DNA of 64,000 nt from Eledone cirrhosa (taxonomy: Eukaryota). The notes below the pieces were generated by a model. That model worked only from the letters and a program-made list of their open reading frames with translations. It was not told the DNA's origin and searched no databases. A program made the translations under genes and the position numbers. The stretch lies in contig OZ024742.1 of NCBI GenBank assembly GCA_964016885.1, positions 300,886,001-300,950,000 of the forward strand, given 5' to 3'. Shown here piece by piece: positions 12,143 to 24,689 of this stretch; position 1 is the first letter of the stretch, and every line of letters begins with the position of its first letter.

Positions 12143-12412
12143 CAGGGGCGAAGGGTACGTGCATGCAACGCATGCAGTGCATGCGTTATAGAATCTTGAG
12201 TTGATCAATTGCGTCGGTTGAAGCAAGCAGAATTTTGGTTGCTTGCTAAATCGTAGACACATAAAAAGATAACACACACACACACAAGACAACACTACAT
12301 GCGGCTTTGACCGTGAGGGTCATTTAGAGGGAATGGGGGGGGCTGCACAGCCCACTTTCCGCCATGGCGATTGGACTGCATGCCCTGCTTTCCAGGTTAC
12401 CCTTCGCCACTG
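12143..12412. mobile_element. hAT-type MITE inside a (CATA)n array
   Basis: TIR CAGGGGCGAAGGGTA / TACCCTTCGCCACTG; flanks atacatac on both sides. Confidence 0.8.
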
Positions 12413-12430
12413 ATACATACATACATACAT

Positions 12431-13205
12431 CAGAGGCGGTGGAACTGGGGAGGGGAACAAGGATAGTAAAACTGGGGGACAGGGGCTTACTGAAGGTCCA
12501 TAAAAATAAACAAATAAGCTAAGCATGTCAAAAATCTAAATCGAAATATATTGAATTACTTTCAAGACTTGTAACTGAGACCTATAGCCACAGACCCAAC
12601 ATGCGAAGCACATCAGAGGCATGCCCCCCCCCCCCCTCAATAATTATATTTTTCTCCCCAAACTGCCAAAACACACATCTATTTGTATATGTGCTACAAT
12701 TTATGTACATGTTATGTTTATCGTATATCGAAGTTTTTAATACCTTCGTTGATATTTAATAATTGTTTCTACTTTAGGCACGAGGCCAGCAATTACCCAG
12801 AGCATTACTGGTACTTTATTTTATCGACCCCGTAAGGATGAAAGGCAAAGTTAACCTCGGCGGGATTGGAACTCAGAATGGCAAGGGCCGTAACTCTATG
12901 CGTCAAAGCATGCCGTCCGACCCTCTACCGATACTGCCAATCCACTTAATAATTGTTTCTACTTTAGGCACAAGGCCAGCAATTATCCAGTGCATTACTG
13001 GTACTTTATTTTATCGACCCCGTAAGGATGAAAGGCAAAGTCAACCTCGGCGGGATTTGAACTCAGATCGTAAAGGGACATAACTATGCTGGAAAGCATG
13101 GCGTCCGACCCTCTACCGATAATAATAACAGCTAAACTAATCACTACAACTAAATTGACCAAATTTGCCCCCCCCCCCCATTCAGAAATGCTTCCACCGC
13201 CCCTG
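12431..13205 (+). mobile_element. Composite MITE carrying a Penelope fragment and two SINEs (12762-13120)
   Basis: TIR CAGAGGCGGTGGAA / TTCCACCGCCCCTG. 12487-12625 matches Penelope-derived 7752-7888. Confidence 0.7.
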
Positions 13206-13242
13206 TACATATATACATGTATGTGTGTGTGTCTGTATATGT

Positions 13243-13274
<32 letters not shown>

Positions 13275-13605
13275 GTATATATATATGTATATATACATAC
13301 ATATATATATACACACACATATATATATGTGTGTGTGTGTGTGTGTGCGTGCGTGAGTGTATGTGTGTGCGCGCGTGTGTGTGTGTATGTGTGGCTGTAA
13401 CCTCTCTGTCTGAAGAACGATGTTAATCCTCAAACCTTTGCTATTTGAGTAGTTATATATTGTGTTGCTCACTTTCTAATTATATATATATTTCATTGAG
13501 TGTGATTTTGTATAATGAAAGTATGAGCTCTCGACATGAAAACAAAGAAGTAATTTATATATTTATGCATGGTATTAATTGTACATAAAAATTTAACAAA
13601 TTCAT

Positions 13606-13736
13606 GGATATTGTTGACAAATGCACATATTCTCCATTATCAAAAGGTATATGTTTATTAAGGTTCACGATTAGGAAGGCCATGACGTACAGATAACTTC
13701 TGATAATGGAGAATATGTGACTTTGTCAACAATACC
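13606..13736. repeat. Inverted repeat / MITE-like
   Basis: ggatattgttgacaaa..cacatattctccattatca versus tgataatggagaatatgtg..tttgtcaacaatacc. Confidence 0.65.
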
Positions 13737-13993
13737 TATGAAACTGCTAGTTTCTTGAAAGTGTAATTAATAGCGTGCATTAATATATATATACACATAA
13801 TATCGACACTAATATAAACACACTTCATTTGCATTCCAAGACTACTTAACTGTTTGTCTTGTTTACACTCTTTATTTTTGATTTTTTTTTCTTTACTTGG
13901 ACTACTTTTATTTCTGCATCTCCTTTGTGATCCTGTCTCTAATTTTATACTCCTGAAGAAAGGATAAAGTCCGATAGGTCGAACTGTGTTCAC

Positions 13994-14300
13994 AGCCCAC
14001 AATGTAAATGTGGTCGTGTAGGAGACACGGCAAAAAGCACCTAGCCCACAATGTAAAATGGTCGTGTAGGAGACACAGCAAAAAGCACCCAGCACACACT
14101 GTAAAGTGGTCGTTTTGGAGACACAGCAAAAAACACCCAGCCCACACTGTAAATGTGGTTGACGTTAGGAAGGGCATCCAGCCGTAGAAAACCGGTCAGA
14201 AAGTTCTACATGAGCAAGACACGGTCACCCGACCCAATTTGCCTCTAATGGGACAAACTTGTCTAACCCATGCTAGCGTGGACAAAAGACGTTAAAAGAT
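13994..14300 (+). repeat. Three ~49-bp tandem units running into a SINE-like 3' end with (GAT)n tail
   Basis: Unit agcccacaatgtaaatgtggtcgtgtaggagacac.gcaaaaagcacc, then gttaggaagggcatccagccgtagaaa. A related reverse fragment lies at ~21480-21525. Confidence 0.6.
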
Positions 14301-14920
14301 GTTGATGATGATGGTGATGATGATGACGATGATGATGATGATGATAATTCAATAATACAACAACAACGTACACGACATAACAACAGCAATAACATATATA
14401 ACATAACACAACATAACAACCCATCAACAATATCGTACATCACAACAACCCAACAACAACAACATAATAACAACATAACAACTCCACATCAACAATAATG
14501 TAAACAACATAAGAATAGCAATAACGTAAATAACACAACAATACAATATAACAACACGGCAATAACATACATAACAACATAATATAACACAACAGTAGCG
14601 TATATAACATCACAATATATCAACAACACAACAGTAATGTACATCACAACACAACACAACATAATAACATACATAACAACACAATACAAAAGTGAGATAA
14701 ATAACAACACAACATATCAACACAACAACTGTAACATACATAACAACAACAACACAACATAATAATAGTAACATACATAATAACAACACATAATATACAA
14801 TGCATATTGTAATGTACATCACAACACCGCACAACATAATAACAACATACACACCACAACATCAATACAACAGTAACATACACAACAACAAGACAACATA
14901 ATAACAGTAAGATACATAAC
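14300..14920. repeat. (GAT)n and degenerate (ACA/ATA)n low-complexity tract
   Basis: Direct inspection. Confidence 0.9.
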
Positions 14921-14929
14921 AACGGAATG

Positions 14930-15206
14930 AGATGGACCTCCGTTGGTTTCAACGATGAGTACTCCAGTTGTTCGGTAAAAAGAACAGCCTGTTCATGAAA
15001 TTAACGTGTAAGTAACTGAGCTTGCCACAAACATACCTTTAATGTAATTCTCAGGGAGAGTCAACGTGACACAGTGTGTGACAAGGCAAGCCTTGACTGG
15101 AGCCACGTAAAATAAAGCATCTTTTTCAAGGAGACCATGCGCCACCCGGGAATCGAACTCACGACCTCACTATCATGAGCCGAACATCCTAACCACTAAG
15201 TCATGC
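14930..15206 (-). mobile_element. tRNA-derived SINE, second family (CORE-like domain)
   Basis: The - strand shows A-box-like TAGTGGTTAGG and B-box GAGTTCGATTCCC, then gccttgtcacacactgtgtcacg..gacggaggtcc. Relatives at 36660-36950, 37000-37332 and 40405-40718. Confidence 0.75.
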
Positions 15207-15740
15207 GGCGATGATGATGATCATGATGATGATGATGATGATCATGATGATCATGATGGTCATGATGGTGATGATGATGATGATAATGATGATGGCAACA
15301 ATGATGATGATGATGATGAATATGGTGGTGACAATGGTAACAATGATGATGATGATGATGATGACGATGACAACAATGATGATGATGATGTTGTTTGATG
15401 TTTCTAAAAGGAAGTATACATCCCTTAATTAAATAATTAATAAGAAGAGAGAATTAATAGTGTTATGTGTAATTAAAGTACTTACTTGGTAGCCACATGT
15501 TTGTCCATTAGAACCTTCGTTAGGGCAGCCGCCCCGCGCCGAACGGCCAGACGACAAGGAAATGGTGAAAACACATATGAAACATGCTCTCAATAGCAAC
15601 ATTGTCGGTTGCTTTAAAATACAACACTGAATAAAACAAATGGAAAGCAGCACCAGTAAATATATTTATCTATCCTGCTCTCAACATGTGAATATTTGCT
15701 TCAATAACACTAATACATCGTCAGCCACTCTTACTTTCAA

Positions 15741-16000
15741 CTCAGCCTTACCCTCTCTGTTTCAACACTCTTAACATTTACTCTTTCTCTTTCTCTCACT
15801 CAGCCTTACCCTCTCTGTTTCAACACTCTTAACATTTACTCTTTCTCTTTCTCTCACTCAGCCTTACCCTCTCTGTTTCAACACTCTTAACATTTACTCT
15901 TTCTCTTTCTCTCACTCAGCCTTACCCTCTCTGTTTCAACACTCTTAACATTTACTCTTTCTCTTTCTCTCACTCAGCTTTACCCTCTCTGCTTCAATAC
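15741..16000. repeat. 58-bp minisatellite, ~4.4 copies
   Basis: Unit ctcagccttaccctctctgtttcaacactcttaacatttactctttctctttctctca. Confidence 0.9.
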
Positions 16001-16083
16001 CTTATCTTTTCACTATCTTTTCTCCATTTCTTTCCCTTTCACAATCACACACTCACACACATACACACACACACACACACACA

Positions 16084-16284
<201 letters not shown>

Positions 16285-16477
16285 CATTCTGTCAGTTCTA
16301 TTTCTCTGTCTCTCTTAATTTTCCTTTCCCCTCTCTGATGCGTGTTCTTTTCTATACTCTCTCTTTCTCTAACACATCTCTAAATTTCTGTCTCTTTCAC
16401 GCACACGTGTACTCTCTCTTTTTTCACACGCACACGCGCACTTTCCTCTCACATGCTCTCTCTCTCTCTCTCTCACC

Positions 16478-16508
<31 letters not shown>

Positions 16509-16658
16509 ACATGCTCTCACTCTCTCTCTCTCTCTCACACACACTTTCTCTTTCTATCCCCTCTTTCTCGGTTCCCTCCCTTACCACCTCTAGTTTAACT
16601 GTTAATATATCGGCAATCTCTCCTCCCTTTCTTTTACTCTCTCTCAATCGATCTATCT

Positions 16659-17680
16659 ATGTGGGTCCCGTTCGTGAGGCGAGCCTTACCACGACTCGTC
16701 TCGCTGACCGAGCTGCAGTCCTGGGTCAAGCAAAGACCGAGGAAAATGGGCGACTGGCACATCGAATGTGCTCAACCGCTCACAGCCCTCTGGGAGGCGG
16801 ACCCGGCGATCAGTGGAGACTCCACTTCGTCATTCTATAGAGGGTTGATCCGCAGCAAGTGCGACAACGCGCTCGGTGAAACTCTAGGCGTAGAGGAAGA
16901 TGAACTGGTCAGTCTGTTCGGTAGGACCGATGGACAACTTCCAAAAGTCCCTGGCCTGGCAGTGCTATCGAGGAGCTCTACCAGTTCGAGACAAGCTCTA
17001 CAGACATGGCCTCCCGGGCAGGGACCCTGCAAAAAAGGTCTTCCGAGGTGCGTGCGAGACGAAGAAACCGTCGCGCACGCATTCATACACTGCCCGGGCG
17101 TCACTGACCTGTGGGGCTATGTAGAACGACTATTGTCGCGGGTGGGACCAATCCGGTTGACCACCGAGTCCATTGTCATGATCAAACCGCCACCCTCCTT
17201 CAAAAACGAAGGAGAGGCGGTTTTCCTTTGTGTGATAGCTATGGCGAAAGAGGTTGTATGGTGGACAAGGTTGAAAGGGCTGAGGTCAGACACCTTTCTC
17301 TCCGGCCAACAACTGATTCTTTTTTTCAAATACCACTTTGGAAGAAGAATCAGGATGGAGAGAGAGGTGCTGTACCCCAGCAAGTTTTATGAAAGGTGGG
17401 TGAAAGTGGCGAGAATGGCCCGAGTGAATGGGCCTTCTCTCTATATCAGCCTGTAGGTTGAGGAAAAGGAGGAGGAGAGGAAAGGAGTACAAAGGAGATG
17501 AGGGATGCACATTTTTTCGGGGGTATGTGTTACCCATATAAACTGTCTCCCCCTATTGGGGAAAATCGACTAACTTTTTAAATTGCATTTGTGATAACAT
17601 TTTACACGTTTTTATTGTATGTAAACTTCCCCCTTTGTATTTGTCCCCTTCTGTTGTGCCCCTGTGGCTAATAAAGAAAC
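16659..17680 (+). mobile_element. Tx1/L1-clade LINE, 5'-truncated (ORF2 C-terminal zinc-binding region)
   Basis: DNFQKSLAWQCYRGALPVRDKL...RC..DEETVAHAFIHC (with frameshifts). The 3'UTR ends gctaataaagaaa, abutting (TATC)n. Confidence 0.8.
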
Positions 17681-17742
17681 ATATCTATATACCTATCTAT
17701 CTATCTAACTAGCTCTCTCTCTCTATATATATATATATATGC

Positions 17743-17803
<61 letters not shown>

Positions 17804-17804
17804 A

Positions 17805-18261
17805 TGTGTTATGGCTATGGTGAAAGAGGTTATATGGTGGACGAGGTTAAAAGGGCTGAGGTCAGACACCTTTCTCTCCGGCGAGTAACTGATTCGTTTT
17901 TTCAAATATCACTTTGGAAGAAGAATCAAGATGGAGAGAGAGGTGCTGTATCCAAGCAAAATTTATAAAAGGTGGGTGAATGTGGCAAAGATGGCCCGAG
18001 TGGTTGGGTCTTCTCTCTATATAAGCCTGTAGGTTGAGGAAAAAGAGGAAGAGAGAAAGGGAGTACTCACTCTTGGTGCTCCTGGAGATGAGGGTTGTAC
18101 ATTTTTTCGGGGTGTACAACCCATGTGTAACACCTCCCCCCTATTGGGCATTTCAATTGTTATTTGTTGTTTTATTAATAGTTTTATTTTCATATACCTG
18201 TATGTAAACTCTCCATTTGTATTTCTCCCCTTCTTTTGTGCCCTTGTGGCTAATAAAGAAA
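17805..18261 (+). mobile_element. Tx1 short 3' fragment
   Basis: Matches 17229-17680; flanked by (TATC)n. Confidence 0.8.
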
Positions 18262-18293
18262 TTTATCTATTTATCCATCTCTCTCTCTCTGTC

Positions 18294-18354
<61 letters not shown>

Positions 18355-18365
18355 ATATCTATCTA

Positions 18366-18436
<71 letters not shown>

Positions 18437-18456
18437 TTGTACCTATCTATCTACCT

Positions 18457-18656
18457 TGCACAACACGCTCCTGGAGTTGAGGGTTGTTCTATCGACGGGG
18501 TATTAAACAACCCATTTGTGGCACCTCCCCCCTATTGGGGTTTCGATTGTTATAATTGTTTGTTTCAATATTTTTACACGACTGTGTGTAAAATCCCCGG
18601 CATGTGTCTTTGTATTGTCCCCTTTTCTTGTGCGCCCTTGTGGCAAGTAAAGAAAT
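18457..18656 (+). mobile_element. Tx1 3'UTR-only fragment
   Basis: Matches the 3'UTR at 19925-20134 and 18070-18261; TATC-type flanks. Confidence 0.7.
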
Positions 18657-18690
18657 ATATCTATCTATTTGTCTGTCTGTTTATCTATCT

Positions 18691-20134
18691 GCAGGAATAC
18701 GAAACGTTGACAGGAGCAAGACTAAATCCAAACAAGTCTGTCGGTTTGCAACTCGGCACATGGAGAAGCAAACCCATGCCTTCCGACAGTGTCGTTGGGC
18801 GCTGGACCGAAGGGCCGGTGAAATTGCTCGGGGTCTGGTTTGGTCCAGACCTCCAGGTGTTTGCACTCACCCAGAAGTGGGCTGAGTGCAAACTCTCGAT
18901 GAAAAGTCGAGCGGAGGTGGCGAACACTTACATAGCGTCCGTCATCTACTACCGTTTGACAGTCGTGCCTTATTCCCGCGAACACCTCACCAAAATGGAA
19001 CGCCTACTCTTCAAGTTCCTCTGGAAGAAACAGGCTCTATTGGTGATGAGATCCATCTGCTGTCAACATCCTTCTAACGGAGGGCTGGGCATACCGTGGC
19101 TGATGATGCGCAAACACGCGCTGAGGCTACGCCATCCCCAGGTATTCCTGACCGGCGAACCGGTGTGGCTGTCGTTTGTGAGACGAGCTCTTCCACAACT
19201 CGTCTCACTAACAGAGCTGCAGTCCTGGGTCAAGCGAAGACCGAAAATGGGTGCCTGGCACCTCCAGTGTCTTCAGGCGTCACGGCCCTCTACCAAGCGG
19301 AAAAGTCAATCAGCGGAGAATCCACTTCGACATTCTATAGGGGATTGGTGGAGGATAAGTGCGACGATGTTCTCGGGGAAACTCTAGGCATCGAGGAGGA
19401 CGTACTGACCAGTATGTTCGGGAGGACTTTCCGTCCAGGGCCTATGGATAACTTCCAGAGGTCACTGGCCTGGCAGTGCTACCGAGGAGCTCTACCAGTT
19501 CGAGACAAAATCTACAGGCACGGACGTCCTGGCAGAGATCCTGCCAAAAGGACCTGTCCAATATGCGAGCAGGACATCGAAACCGTCCTGCACGCAATTG
19601 TTCAGTGCCCAGGGGTGACCGACCTGTGGAATTATGTCGAACAGCTACTGTCACGTGTGGAACGTATCCAGTTGTCAGCCGAGTCCATCGTGAGGATCAT
19701 CCCGCCGCCTTCATTTACGAATGAAGGAGAGACGGCTTTCCTCTGTCTGGTGGCTACGGCGAAAGAGGTAATATGGTGGACGAGGTTAAAAGGACTGAGA
19801 GCAAACACCTTTCACTCCGGACAACAACTTATTCCCTTCTTTAAGTACCACTTCAGAAGGAAGTGGAGAGTGTATATAAACCTGTAGGTTTAGGAAGTCA
19901 AACAGAGGGAAGACGGGAACACCTACAAAACGTGTTCCTGGTGTTGAGGGTTGTTCTGTCTACGGGGTGTAAAAACAACCCCGCAGTAACGTTCCCCCAC
20001 TAATGGGGATTTCGATTGTTTTATTTTATATATAGTTAATTGTTATTCGCCATTGTTAAATATTTTATGTAAATCCCCGCCGTCACATCTTGTAATGTCC
20101 CATTTTTGTACGCCCCCGTGGCAAATAAAGAAAG
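18691..20134 (+). mobile_element. Tx1/L1-clade LINE, longer 5'-truncated copy
   Basis: TGARLNPNKS, KLLGVWFG, GGLGIP, then DNFQRSLAWQCYRGALPV...CPIC...ETVLHAIVQC. Frameshift near 19280. Confidence 0.85.
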
Positions 20135-20311
20135 ATATCTATCAATTTACATATCTGTCTATCTATCCATCATGCCTCTCGGTAATGGTCGCTCTTCTCT
20201 ATTTTAACTGCCATCTCTAGTTTAACAACAATTACAATATTCAACACCTCCAACCTTTTCCTCTCTCTTATCAATAACACCTTTCTTTGTGCAGATTTAT
20301 CATAGTGGAGA

Positions 20312-20362
<51 letters not shown>

Positions 20363-20421
20363 TTTTTAATGTATTCTTGGCGCGATCACTTTGGAAAATT
20401 AATTGTCTAAATTTGAGCTAA

Positions 20422-20495
20422 CTCCTGAAGTATCCGAAGCTCTAGATATCCCATGTTATTGGATGTCTTAAAATGCGGATGAAACCATGGTAGAG
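20422..20495 (+). ncRNA. Hammerhead ribozyme, degenerate (Penelope pLTR-type)
   Basis: ctc-CTGAAGT-atccg...cggat-GAAA-ccatgg-TA-gag. Core A9 is altered; stem III is palindromic. Confidence 0.5.
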
Positions 20496-20789
20496 GTAAT
20501 TAAATATGTACACATTTCTTCTAGTTTATTTTACACCTAATTCTGTTTGGTTGACTGTATATCTGGTCGATTTATACATGCTGTCGAAATATTCGATAAA
20601 TACTCCGTCGTAACCGCCGCGAAGGGGCTGCTTTCGGTTATTTGTCGGAGATTTCTTCATAGGAGCCTTTATTCTTATAGCTTGGTCTAATTGATTTTTT
20701 ATATGGTTAATTATGCTAATTGGGAGAGGAAACCGTATATATTTTATCTAGTGATTCTATAGACATGTTTTATGATATATATATATATA

Positions 20790-20986
20790 TGAAAATATAT
20801 AACCCCGACGGCAGAGCTCAAGCCGTTTCGACGGCTATTTCTGGACTGATTCCAGAAATAGCCCGTCGAAATGGCTTTAGCTCTGCCGTCGGGATTAAAC
20901 ATTTTTTCTATTACCCACTCTACTACTCTAAGTATTGAGTACTCTGGTGCGTTATGGTCCATCTGGTTCCTTACCACACTTCCTTC

Positions 20987-20990
<4 letters not shown>
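20790..20990 (+). mobile_element. Copy of the palindromic (TA)n element seen at 4428
   Basis: Imperfect palindrome centred on ggctatttctgga..tccagaaatagcc plus the shared tail. Confidence 0.7.
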
Positions 20991-21022
<32 letters not shown>

Positions 21023-21134
21023 ATCAACCATCTTTTGATCTTATATATTATGTATACTCCAGTCCTACAAACTGTAGAGTGCTTCTTATCCGATATCTGC
21101 ATTGCTTTATTGTACTACAATAAAACTCACCTCC

Positions 21135-21206
<72 letters not shown>

Positions 21207-21230
21207 CATGACATGCATACACCCCCCCCC

Positions 21231-21271
<41 letters not shown>

Positions 21272-21522
21272 AATAGCTCGTTTGTTTGACCGTTTGTCTC
21301 CTATGCACATAAAAACCAGTGGACCAGTCATGTTCAAACTTGGCATGTGAGTTCCTTAGACTCTGGAATAGGTTTTCCTCAAGACTCCACGCTAGCTTGG
21401 ATTAGATGAGTTGACCCATTGTGAGACCAGCCGTGTCCGATGACGATGTCGTGCGTATGCAAAACTGATTTGGGGGTTGGTTTCTACAGCTAGGTGCTCT
21501 TCCTAACCCCAACCACATTTAC

Positions 21523-21573
<51 letters not shown>

Positions 21574-21575
<2 letters not shown>

Positions 21576-22500
21576 TAGCAGAAGTACCCGGTGTTGTCTG
21601 AGTTAAAGAAAATAATTGTTTCTACGTTAGGCACAAGACCAGCAATTACCCAGTGTATTACTGGTACTTTATTTTATCGACCCCGTAAGGATGAAAGGCA
21701 AAGTTAACCTCGGCGGGATTTGAACTCAGAATGGCAAGGGCCGTAACTCTATGCGCCAAAGCATGGCATCCGACACTCTACCAATATTGCCAATCCACCG
21801 CCTGAGTTAAAGAAAATAATGAAATCTTATTCAAAACTTTTTCCATGGTGTATTTTAAACTTCTAATGTAGCTGTTTCTTTTATGTAACATATTTTTTAG
21901 TTGCGATATGATTTCATACCTTTCATATCTTGTCTGTGTTTGGATTTCTTGTTCTGAAAGTGGTCCACTTCTGTGGTACACTTACCCTTGATCTTGAAAG
22001 TGGGTGTAACGGCATCTTCATAGATTACATTTGCACCAAATGATGTCATTTTTAATGCATTATTGTACTTCTGGATATTTTGAAGAAAGTGTCTTGATTC
22101 AGTAGTTGTACCAATTAGCAGTCCCCTCAGGTGTTCTGGTGGTTCAGGTAATTGTCTAAACTTAATCTTTCCATTTAAAGAGTACAATCCTGTTGACTCA
22201 CCATTCCATTTTTTAGCACCAAAATTTGGACAAATTTTGTTCATTGAATTAAAGGTTCTGAGGCATAGTCTTGATGTGGATCGTAACTAAAAGCAGCAAA
22301 GTTCCACTCGGTAACCTTTTTAAATCGCAAATCTTCTGGTCTTGCTCTCTGTTCATATAGCCTTCGAGTTGTTTGAGCTTCAGTTTCTTCATGCCACCTT
22401 TGGGCTGTTCTATTTCCCTCCATTTGCAGTCTTAATGATTTTTCGTACATCTGATTCCTCTTAACGAATAGTTGCTTCCATTGTTCTATCTTTAGCATAT
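21574..22500 (-). mobile_element. Helitron deletion derivative (Rep/Hel N-terminal remnant + 3' CTAG end)
   Basis: MNKICPNFGAKKWNGE...NGKIKF..LPEPPEHLRGLL...SRHFLQNIQKYNNALKMTSFGA...PTFKIKG is typical of the Helitron N-terminal region. The - strand ends ccgggtacttctgCTAGt. Confidence 0.75.
21617..21801 (-). mobile_element. Full-length tRNA/Nin-type SINE with long TSD
   Basis: Direct repeat ctgagttaaagaaaataat at 21598-21616 and 21802-21820. Confidence 0.9.
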
Positions 22501-22759
22501 ATCTATATATAGTGAGAGGTAGATAGATAATCAGATGCACAACGATCATCAAGGCTTCAACAACAAAGAATAAAAAGTGCATAGAATAGATAGGATCGTT
22601 CAAAGGAACAAAGATCAAAAAGGCTTGCTGAAGATAGGACAAGACTTAAGGGTCATTGCTGCTGACTATAAATAGTTCTTAGTTGGGTTGAGAGGCCTTG
22701 AATAGAGAGCGTGGGTAAAGGAAGACAGTACACCTACCAACAAGACACTGCAAAATCCC

Positions 22760-22930
22760 ATAAGAATAGATGAGTAACAATCTCTATGATCATGTCACCC
22801 TGAACATATGGCCTCCCAGTTCTCTAGACCTGAATCAGTTGAACTCCTACATATAGAGTGTAGTCGAGAGGGAAGTCAATGTCCTATATAATGCTAACGG
22901 CAGATTCATTGAGAAGATGCGTCAAGAAGA
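22760..22930 (+). mobile_element. Tc1/mariner transposase fragment
   Basis: WPPSSLDLNQLNSYI*SVVEREVN resembles the WPPxSPDLNPLDY.VW motif. Confidence 0.6.
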
Positions 22931-22989
22931 GTCTCAAGATTATTCATGCCAATTTTTTTCTTATGACTTATGCGTCTTCTATTAAATTT

Positions 22990-23290
22990 ATGTAACCATG
23001 GGTGACTGCTGGTCTTCCACAAACAATCTTGCTTGGACTTGTGTCTTCAAAGAACAGAGTAACTATATATGCATACCAGTCTCCCCTCTCCACACCCCTA
23101 TCTCATCCAAGAGAAAAGCAATGGCCGATATAGCTTGGCACTAGTGACGTCGCAACTCATATCTACAGCTGAATAAACTGGAGCAACGTGAAATAAAACG
23201 TCTTCCTCAAGGACACAACATATTGCCCGGTCCGAGAATCGAACTCACAACCTCACGATTGTGAGCCTAATGCTCTAACCACTTCACTAT
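22990..23290 (-). mobile_element. tRNA-derived CORE-like SINE
   Basis: B-box GAGTTCGATTCTC and tgtgtccttgagg..ttttatttcacgttgctccag on -. Confidence 0.7.
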
Positions 23291-23321
23291 AGTTATTAGT
23301 TATTATATATATATATGTGTG

Positions 23322-23382
<61 letters not shown>

Positions 23383-23499
23383 CAATTTGGGAAAGTTGGT
23401 TGATCAGATAATCCACCGACTTTTGTTGTAAACAGACGTAAAGCTCTCTACAATTTGTATTCCTTAAAATGTTATCGATAAGGTATCAACCGGAGTGTC

Positions 23500-23620
23500 A
23501 ATATTATGAAGAAGACAGACAGTTTTAAATGTACATCCTCTGTTTGTTATATAATCCCGTAAAGGATTATATAATAAACAGACGATGTACATTTAAAACT
23601 GTCACTCTTCTTCATAATAT
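23500..23620. repeat. Palindrome with ~55-bp arms
   Basis: atattatgaagaaga..acagttttaaatgtacatc..tatataatcc-cgtaaa-ggattatata..gatgtacatttaaaactgtc..tcttcttcataatat. Confidence 0.8.
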
Positions 23621-23782
23621 ATATATATATATCAAGTAAGTATATTTTGAAACAGTGAGCAGGTTTGAAATTAGAAAATATATAGCTTTCACCGTATTTT
23701 TTACTAAAGGAATTTTAGCCTGATAGTGGGGTTTAGAACCCTCAGATAAATGGAAAAAGATGAGTATTGACGTACATATATA

Positions 23783-24150
23783 TATACAATATATTAACAA
23801 ATGGAAACTATATTTATAAAACCATATTTATTTCATTATACATATTTCAAGGACACCACAGCAAATGATGGTGCGCTTTCGGGAGCCTCCAACCGACATG
23901 GTCGCATTCTTTAAGGATATGTCAATATTTGTTTATAAAACTGATCTATATTATATTTTATCTGATGAAAGCGCACCATAATTTGCTGTGGTGTCCTTGA
24001 AATATGTATAATGAAATAAATATGGTTTTATAAATATAGTTTCCATTTGTTAATATATTGTATATTTACTCCAATAATTTGTTGAGTGCTTTATATCAGT
24101 TATAAAAATATTTGCTTGTTGTATCCCAACAAATTAAATATAACTTCTAC
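23783..24150 (+). mobile_element. Penelope pLTR with upstream inverted partial copy
   Basis: ~98-bp inverted arms (23783-23880 / 23967-24065). The sequence is homologous to the terminus 52306-52500 of the GIY-YIG element. Confidence 0.75.
23957..24012 (+). ncRNA. Hammerhead ribozyme (type I, Penelope-associated)
   Basis: ttat-CTGATGA-aag.gcacca..tggtg.ctt-GAAA-tatg-TA-taa. Confidence 0.65.
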
Positions 24151-24218
<68 letters not shown>

Positions 24219-24473
24219 CTGTGCGACTGATTTGATGTTATTCACATATACATGTCTTCTAGTTATATATTATATATGAATATATATCTATACACGTTGG
24301 TGCAGTCTCGGTTATACACTCTGTATTTATACAAACATAACTTTATCATACACCTCGGCTGCTACCGCACTTCTTTGATGGCAACATGAATGGACCTGTT
24401 ATTTTTCTCTAAAAACATTTTTTTTCCAATTCCACCTCGCCCGTCCCTTCAATCTTTCTAATTTCGCATTGTT

Positions 24474-24509
24474 TCTTCTGGTGAAGGACTAGCGTCCGAA
24501 ATGTTAAGA
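24474..24509 (+). ncRNA. Minimal hammerhead, mutated core, within pLTR-like repeat 24375-24597
   Basis: tctt-CTGGTGA-a-ggac-tagc-gtcc-GAAA-tg-TT-aaga; same family as 44005 and 49356. Confidence 0.55.
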
Positions 24510-24612
24510 CCCTCTTCCTGCTATTTCAAGCGTTAGCCTAATATATTTCTTCCATATACTGTACCGATTGTGTTGTTATTTCTGTTTACCTTTTACACAC
24601 ACACACACACAC

Positions 24613-24689
<77 letters not shown>

